A stretch of 64,000 bases of DNA from the human T2T-CHM13v2.0 reference genome, Homo sapiens, in NCBI RefSeq assembly GCF_009914755.1, contig NC_060932.1; one strand, written 5' to 3'. A model generated the notes under the pieces. That model was not told the origin of the DNA. It saw nothing but the letters and a program-made list of their open reading frames with translations, and searched no databases. Made by a program: the position numbers and the translations under genes. Positions 55,750 through 64,000 of this stretch are shown here, piece by piece (position 1 is the stretch's first letter; each line of letters opens with the position of its first letter).

Positions 55750-55911
55750 CAGCTACTTTGCAAAGTAGTGACCTCTCTGGTACTGGAAATCTTCTACCAA
55801 GCCAGGAGAGGACCTATCTGTTAAAGAACATCCTGTAAGAAATTCTTGACATTGAGTTGGAGGTTGTTCTATTTGACTTCTAAAGCCCTTGGTATTCTTG
55901 GAAATCTATAA
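55750..55911 (+). mobile_element. L3/CR1 3' end remnant
   Basis: gtagtgacctctctggtactggaa...gttggaggttgttctatttgacttctaaagccctt...aaatctata resembles the L3 3' terminus. Confidence 0.55.
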
Positions 55912-58399
55912 CTACCCTGCAAGTCTCTTCTGCACCTTGACTATGTTAAGTTTAACCAACTTTTATTGAGCTCCAACCACTGTTCATGTAAACATTAGCG
56001 AGAATCAGTCCCTTCCATTGAGGGACTTCCTTCAGTTGGAGGAAACCGAAACACGGACAATTTCATGCTAACATGGAATATCAGTAATACAAGTTCTACA
56101 AAGTTTAGTTTCAGGAAGGGCCTCTTCAAAGAGATAATCTCACAGTGACTCCTGAAGATACAAACACGGAGGACTTCTGTGTAAAGACTCCAGCCTTCAC
56201 TCTGAATAAAAGGCACATGCATCCCTCCAGCCAAAGTGCACAGGATAAATTTAACAGGCACAACACTGGAAGTAAAAAGGCCACTTCACCACTATAAAGC
56301 ACTTTTTTCAAAACCAGATTACAGAAAAAAGATCCAATAAATTATTTTTCTTAATATTCCAAAATATTAGGATATTTGTATATCCCATGATTTTATGATA
56401 GATTTGTAAAAAGTGAGCCTACCTAAGGCAAATTTCAAAAGAAGAAAAATGCTTCTCAGAGCTTTAGGATTGAGTTTCTGTATCATTCCAGTGCTAAAAA
56501 GTTTGAATTGTTTCCAAAAGTCAACAGCTTTGCTCAAGTTGTGATAAATATAAATTCTATACTTATGATGTAGTGTTTTCCTCTGGCCTTCTCGGGAGCC
56601 AATGCTTGTATACTGTATGTGGTTTAGTACGTGTTAAATACACATTTAAAAATTCCATTTTTGTGAAGTAAATGTGACAAATGTATGCCACTAAAGTCTT
56701 TATCATCAAAGCTGGATAACTCACATGTTTTACGTGCAGAGTATTGAGAGTTCAAAGAAGCAAAGCAGATTTTGATTATTATGATGCTTCCAGGAAAATG
56801 AATGAAATGATTCATAGTATAAAGTTTTTCAAAGTGCTTTTGAATAGACTTATATCTAGTTTCTAAAACATCTTATATAGCATTAAAAGCATAATTGAGC
56901 AAAATATGATTACATGGAATAAAATTGGAATAAAATTATGTTCAAAGGCGGAAGTAAAATGCATTTTATAATCTAAATTGGGGAGAATACATTTGCAACA
57001 CTTAATTTAGTGTATCCCCTTTATCGCTGGCTTGCTAACATAGCAGAAAAGCAGGCCAGTCCGTCTGCTCTCACCTCCATGCAATGCCTGCCTTTTGCAG
57101 GTGTGCCTCAAGGACTTCTTCTCATTCTTCGAATCATCTTGCAGACACTAATGAGCATCGCTCTTCAGCTTTAATTATTGGTCCCTGACAAGTCAACATA
57201 ATAGGAATCAGCTTAACCAAGCATACTCCCCAGCGACATGTTCAATTACTCAGGTTGTACTGCTCCAAGAGAGGTCTGAGGGGTTGCTAATTTAACACTG
57301 TCAAAAAAATAAACATAGGTATCACTTACAGTTTATCTTTTGACCTTTATGTCACCAAATCTAACAGTATATGCTTTTTTTTCCTCCTGCCAGAAAAGAT
57401 CTGCAGATTAAGTGTGCTACAAGACCTTTTCAAAAAAAAATTAAAGTATCTGTCTGAGGTCTACATGATGAATGAAGTTACATAATGTACTTTACAATCT
57501 AAAAATGCTGGAATTTGTTAAGGGAGTCATTTCACCTCTTTAAAAAAAATGAAAAGATATTCTGATCTGTTGTTTACTCCTACCACTTTATCCCTTCACA
57601 TCATGAAAAAGCAATAATCCTGTTACTTTAATGCAAAGATTAGTAATCATGAGTGGAAAATCAAATGCATATTAAACTAAGAATTTTATGCATAACTTTT
57701 CAACAGAAATATATTATACAGCAAATGACCATCATTTATGCAATATATCCCTTTGTTACAGTACAGAAATAAATAAATTAGTATTTTTAATTAAAAACTG
57801 TAGCATAGTAACTTCCTTGGTAACTTAACTAAACACAACCAGCAAACTGCAAACTGTACCATATTTGAGCTATATCAATAACACTCTTCTTATAATTTTT
57901 GTAACCATTTGGTTGTTATAATAAGTGTTCCCATTAGCTCTTATAAAAACTGAATCTCCAATTTATACAACTCATTGAAGGTACTTTATTTGTCAGCAAT
58001 TCCCCCCACCCCCTAAAGCCCTCTTACCTTCAAACTTTAATCCTGGCAATATCCACAGTGAAAGGTTCATCCAAGAAATAACTAATTAAATTTGACCTAG
58101 TACAATGGTCACAGACTACACACTTCTAGAATGCTGAAATGTAAAAATGCATCACTACCTAATAGGGAGATAAGGTGTCCAAGAGAATAAGACGAATATT
58201 CACAAAAGTATTACATCTGCTACTAAAGAAACTCAAAGCGTGTGTCCTAATGATAGTGGGCCAATTTTAAGTTTACATAAAACCTTGATTTTTAAACAGT
58301 ACCAAAATTACATATTTTTATACATAACATTATATAAATCATAATATATTAAAATTTTTTATTATGTTGAGTAAGTAGTATTTTTTGTTGCTTTTTACC

Positions 58400-58535
58400 A
58401 AGATTATTGAGATGTAACCTTTACTTGGGCAGGAATCTTGCATATTTCAACTTTGTAATTGCAATGCCCAGATCAGAATCTTGATCATTTAGAGTGTCTG
58501 TAAAAATAAATAATGACTGAATCAACAAATGAATT
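58400..58535 (+). mobile_element. L2 3' end remnant
   Basis: agatgtaacctttacttgggcaggaatc...tttgta...aaataaataatgactgaatcaacaaatgaat. Confidence 0.55.
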
Positions 58536-60885
58536 ATCCACATTCTGAATGTTTAACTCACTCTATGTATAGGTATATGTAAATCCTTCAAAAAGTAGTT
58601 TCTTAACTAACACACTAATATACTAACATGAAGTTTAGGCTGACCACGCTGTTAAAAACCTTTCTAGCTAGTTAAAAACCATTATTGCTGCTTATCGTTT
58701 ATGATAATATATGTTATTGTACAATATTCTATTTTCCTCTTTGATATGAAGGTAGCTTTGATAAGTAAGTAGTCATAAGTAAATAGACAATGAATTATTT
58801 AGGAGAATGTAAATGTCACCACAACATATATAAGCAGCTTAATTTTCAATAACATTTAGTTTTCTAGGCTAAGATACTCTGATGATAGATATTAGAAACT
58901 TTCATTGCTCTTCTTCTTTTTCACAGTAGCATAGAGGTAAATAAATTTATATTAGACTGTTGAATCCTTTAGAAAGTGATAGCTAAAATTTGGAAAATCA
59001 TCTAAATTTGTGATCTGATTATAAATAGAGAATATGTGGAGTTCATGATATTCCTCATACAATTAACACTTCAATGAATTTATTATCAGGCTCTGATAGC
59101 TGAGTATTTGCTAAACTTGAATTCCAAATTTATAGTCTTTATTAAACACTTACTTTTTTCCAAAAATTCTTAAAATGTATTTGTATACTACAAGTTATAA
59201 AAACATTTTTAATTTTAAAGAAACTAAGAGTGTGGAATGTTTAAAAGTATGAAATATTAATAAACATTTCTACAAAAGTGTTTATTGCTTTCCCATTCAC
59301 TAAACTAGTTCCTCAAAAGCATTCTTAATATTAATAGAAAAGCAAACAAGAGAAGAAAATCTGTGAAACTGGCTCAGCATTTCTAGTCATTAATGAATAA
59401 TAGGGGAGGATTTTTTTCTCCCTTTCTTTCAAGTCCTCAGAGATAACCTAAGAGTAGAGTCCCACTTGTCTTAAAAGGGAGCTTTTCAAAATGACAGGAC
59501 AGTCAGACATCCAGGCCCTACCTAGGGCCCCACCTCATACCAAAGACACTTAAAAAGTAGAAGGGCATTTCCGTTATCACCAAATGAAATGACCCACCCC
59601 TTTCCTAGAACCAATCTTTATTCCAAAAACATCACGATAAAACAATGCACAAAATAAAATGATTGATTCAGGGTGACAAAACTGAACAATGCTTCATTCT
59701 CAAACTTTAAAACTGAGATGCCTCCATCAGTTATTATGCGCAAAACAGCCCACACATTATGACCAATGAGGATTGCACCGCAGTTTTCGATTCAAGATTT
59801 ACATCAGTTCAACAGCATATCCCTCAAAGTCTGGTTAAATGTGAGATTTATCAATGTAATAATAGAAGCAGAAATAAATTACAGTGTAGAGGCCAAAACG
59901 AAGAGATAAGGCTTCCAAACAGATTAGAAAAGGGGGCAAGTCAATGGAGTCCTGAGATAAGGGCAGCTGCTCTAGATGGCACAGGTTCAGAGGAGAAGGC
60001 CCTTTGAAAGGCGTGCCAGTGTGAAGAGGGAGATGAGAGGCCCGGGGGTAGGTGAGGAGAAGGACAAAGGGAAGAACAGGGTGACTGAGACCAGTTTGAC
60101 AATGAGCATGAATGGAACAGGGCAAGAGGGCGAAAATAAGTGGTTCTACCTCAAACACTGAGGGACTCTCTTTCTACTTCCTAGTTACTGATACCTTCCT
60201 ATCTCTTCCCAAAGTATCTGTGGGAGCTACATTCCCCAAACACCCAAACCCTAGAAGCTACTAACTGTCAAAGGCAAACACAGTTTAACAGACACTTAAC
60301 AATCACAGTTTTCACAGTCTTCTGAATGGATAGTTCCTAAATGATAATCCAATTAAAAAATATACTTGGTTTTTTTTCTGTACTGCTAACTTCGCTCTTA
60401 GAACATTCAGTAAGATATCAGGTAGAATTTCTTTCATATCAGGTAGAATTTCAATCGGACTCTTAAGATTACATGTCCTAAATGTAGGAGTATGTAAGGT
60501 AAATGAAACTGATTATTTCAACATCTGTTTCTCACTTCCAACATCAAGAATTCCTTTGTAATTATTAAAAACAAGAAAGAAAACCTAACAGTTTTTCCGA
60601 ACACTTCCAATATGTTATGAAACATTAATGACCTTTTCTATGGATTTTAGAAAACAGATTTCTTTGGCAAGTACTTCTTTTTTTTTTTCTTCCAGCTGAC
60701 CCATTCCCTTCAGACAAGACTATGTGAAGCAGAGGGGGTTGATGAAGGGAGGATAATGACATCAGTATGTGGTCAGGTGGGCAGAGCTCAGGCCAGTATA
60801 TTTCCACTATGCAAGCCAGTCGCCAGCACTCAAATAGCACTTTCTGCTAAGACACTGCTAAACCTATTGCAGAATTTTAAAGACT

Positions 60886-61210
60886 AGCAGGGCACAGTGG
60901 CTCACGCCTGTAATCTCAGCTCTTCGGGGCTAAGTGGGCAGATTGCTTGAGTCTAGGAGTTCGAGACCAGCCTGAGCAACATGGTAAAATCTCGTCTCTA
61001 CAAAAAATACAAACAAACAAACAAACAAACAAAAAAAAAAGCCAGGCATGGTGGCTTGCTATGTAGTCCCAGCTACTCAGGAGGCTGAGGTGGGAGGATC
61101 ACCTGAGCCTGGGAGGAGGGAGGCTGCAGTGAACCATGATTGCACCACTGTATTCCAGCCTGGACGACAGAGACTTTGTCTGAAAAAAAATAAAATAAAA
61201 TAAAGTAAAA
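60886..61210 (+). mobile_element. AluJ with (CAAA)n in the linker
   Basis: gattgcttgagtctaggagttcgag J-type; TSD agaattttaaagacta / agaactttcaagacta. Confidence 0.93.
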
Positions 61211-62080
61211 AGAACTTTCAAGACTAAGACACTAAGTGTGATTTCAATATATCCCAACTACTCTACATGTGGATCTCAAACAGGGATGGTAAAAGATTAC
61301 CATTCAAAAGGCTGATCACATTGGCAACCTCTAGGTGTCAAGGTTCCTGTTGGCAATTATTGCTTCCCCCTGAAAGTTTTGAAATTGTCTTTTAAAAACT
61401 ACAGAATGACAAAACTATTTTTTTTAACAGAGAAACTGATGGCAAAGATAATATGCCTGAATGGCTGCTTTGAAATACTGTGATATTCTAAATTCTGAAC
61501 TTTTTTTTACTGACTGATAAGCAGCATATTTAAATTGCCTATTAACACACCTGCAATGCCTGCATATCCTCCATCCAAAGACTGACCCTAGCTTTAAATC
61601 TCTCGGAGTCAACTGTACAGGTCTTGAAAATCAACGTCCTTTTATTCAAAACCATGGTCCTTTATTTATTCTGTGCTCTTTTGATATTCATATGGTATAC
61701 TGCTACCATATCTGTCTAAAAGGATGGCAAATGCCATTCCTGTGCCAATTCATGTGCCTGTGTTCTGCTTTACAAAACAGACTGCATGTTTCTTAGGCCA
61801 AGTAGTGTATCCTACTGCTATATATTCCTAGTATTTTTGAGTCCTTTACACACAAATATCTATTCAGCAAATCTGGCAACTTAATGAAGTTGGGAACACT
61901 TCTGTCTAAGATCTCCAGAAATTCATCATGTCTAGTGGCATTTCCTATTTTTTATGATGCTAAGTATGCATGTATGCCACATTTCCAAGCTTCCTATTAC
62001 CTCATCCCTAGCATTTTTAGCCCTAGCAATTTAAACGTCAGCCCATGCAAAGAACAGATTCAGTGCTGGAGTTTACTGGT

Positions 62081-62436
62081 TGTATTAGTATGCTTTCATG
62101 CTGCTGATAAAGACATATCCAAGACTGAGCAATTTACAAAAGAAAGAGGTTTAATGGACTTACAATTCCACATGGCTGAAGAGGCCTCACAATCAAGGTG
62201 GAAGGCAAGGAGAAGCAAGTCACATCTTACATGGATGGCATTAGGCAAAGAGAGAGAGCTTGTGCAGGGAAACCCCTCTTTTTAAAACCACCTGATCTCG
62301 TGAGACTTACTCACTATCATGAGAACACCATGGGAAAGACCTGCCCCCATGATTCAATTAACTCCCACCAGGTCCCTCCCACAATACATGGGAATTCAAG
62401 ACTAGATTTGGGTGGGGACACAGCCAAACTATATCA
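62081..62436 (-). mobile_element. THE1 (A/B-like) MaLR solo LTR
   Basis: tgtattagt...ctgctgataaagacata...gggtggggacacagccaaactatatca; perfect 5-bp TSD ctggt. Confidence 0.95.
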
Positions 62437-62547
62437 CTGGTTATTTAAGACCCTGTTTCTCATCCTCATATGTCTCAAACTCAAAAGATGGTAAGTCATG
62501 ACTACAATGAAACTTTCTCCTTTTCCCCCCAAAATCTAAAAGCCTCT

Positions 62548-62920
62548 TAATACGGTTTGGCTATGTCCCACTCTAATCTCATCTTGAATTGCAGGTCCCA
62601 TAATCCCCACATGTCATGGAAGTGACCCAGTGGGAAGTAATTGAATCATGGGAGCAGTTACCCCTTGTTGTCCTTGTGATAGTGACTGAGTTCTTGAGAG
62701 AGCTGATGGTTTTATAAGGGGCTTCCCCCTTCATTCAGCTTTCATTCTTCTCTCTCCTGCTGCCTTGTGAAGGACATGTCTGCTTCCCTTTCCGCCATGA
62801 TTATAAGTTGCCTAAGGCCTTCCCAGCCATAAAGAACTGTGAGTCAATGACACCTCTTTCCTTTGCAAATTACCCAGTCTTGGATATTTCTTCATTGCAA
62901 AGTGAGAATGAACTAATACA
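62548..62920 (+). mobile_element. THE1 (C/D-like) MaLR solo LTR
   Basis: taatacggtttggctatgtccc...aatctcatcttgaattg...gaactgtgagtcaat...aattacccagtc...gaactaataca; no clear TSD. Confidence 0.92.
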
Positions 62921-64000
62921 TTTTCACTGGATCCAAGAAGAGGTGCAAACATGACCCTTGCATGTCAAATGCTGTTACAATTTCCCATCCCAATAGCACC
63001 ACATGTTTCAAGCACCATGGCTATTATCTGTCTTCCATCTCAGAGTTAGGGAAGAGTAATATATTCTAGCGAATTTTTTGCTTGTCACTGACAGTAAGAG
63101 ACACAAAAACACTACTACTTGTAACGTTCATAATTATGGTACAATTATGAGGTGATGTGTTCTTAAAACTAAGAAACTCTAAGCTTAGAATCCAAGTAAC
63201 CAGATTTCTAATTACGAGGACAGTTCTAAGCTCAATTCACAAAACAGACAGGAAAAAAAAAAAAAAGGCTTTGCATTTCTTGCTAACACAGATAAAACAT
63301 TGTATATTATTCTTCAAATTTGTGAGATATTCTGTAAACTCTAGTCTAAGACCAGGGATAAAGGACACATGATGATAAACCATCTTACTATAATTTAACT
63401 TAATCTAGCAGTAATAAAGATAGTTGTAATTTACTGTTAATATTGGGAAAGGTTGATGAAATAAAGCTAAAATCTCCCACTGGCGTTCAATCAAAGCTCT
63501 TCAATTTCCAGATGATTATAAATGAAAATCAGAAAACAAGCCAGTGGGGAAGGAATGGCCAGTCGAGGCTTAAGCCTAGCTGTTCTACCTCCCCTAGATA
63601 AAGAGGCTGAGCCACTAAGGCATCCAGGCACTGGTTTTCCATAGAATTCAAGGTTATAGTTTGGCACAACTAATCTTGCTTCTCAATATTTCTTCTCAGT
63701 GCTGCAAAGCATTTTAGCAATTAAGTATGAAAAACACTTACTCCTGGAAGCATAAAATTCACTTTGTGGATTTATATCTTCCCATTATTGGCCTGTACTT
63801 AATCACTGCTTTTTTTCATCATCTACTCAGTGGGGTTCTGTACAATTAAGATTTTTCAAATCCATAATTACAATTATATTTCTGTAACATAGTTTTATGA
63901 CAAATTGCATACGCTTTTGGAGTTATCAAATTATCTAGAATCAAACCTGCTAGATATAAGAAAGCACCGTGTTAATGATAAAACAACTGCTATAACTAGA

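Noticed and set aside
58028-58100. Strong minus-strand donor AAG|GTAAGA (also near 44113 and 63742)
   Set aside because: No convincing paired acceptor or reading frame; isolated donors are common in introns.
61884-62494. 133-aa and 98-aa ORFs
   Set aside because: They run into or lie within the THE1 LTR; no recognisable protein.

Overview
AT-rich, CpG-depleted primate (very likely human) genomic DNA. It is not prokaryotic, and I can support no protein-coding gene, RNA gene or CRISPR array here. The identifiable content is interspersed repeats: about 14 Alus (J/S/Y), an L1PA 3' end, older L1/L2/L3/MIR remnants, MER1B and MER58A DNA transposons, and MLT1A and THE1 solo LTRs, plus micro- and minisatellites. 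The + strand looks A-rich and the best splice-like signals are on the - strand, so the window is probably intron of a large minus-strand gene; this is inference, and I could not identify the gene. The most interesting observations are structural. (1) A 35-bp VNTR lies inside an MLT1A LTR; its unit is a sense/antisense chimera ending in a fold-back hairpin, with a 105-bp higher-order period. (2) A half-AluY plus its unique 5' flank was apparently copied about 660 bp upstream into an AT-rich tandem repeat, i.e. a local templated insertion. (3) A head-to-head THE1 LTR pair has an intact DUX4 motif in each LTR. (4) Several repeat-free, CpG-retaining blocks look like candidate enhancers. Repeat family and subfamily calls come from recalled consensus sequences, not a database search. 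I found no convincing new multi-gene biological system.
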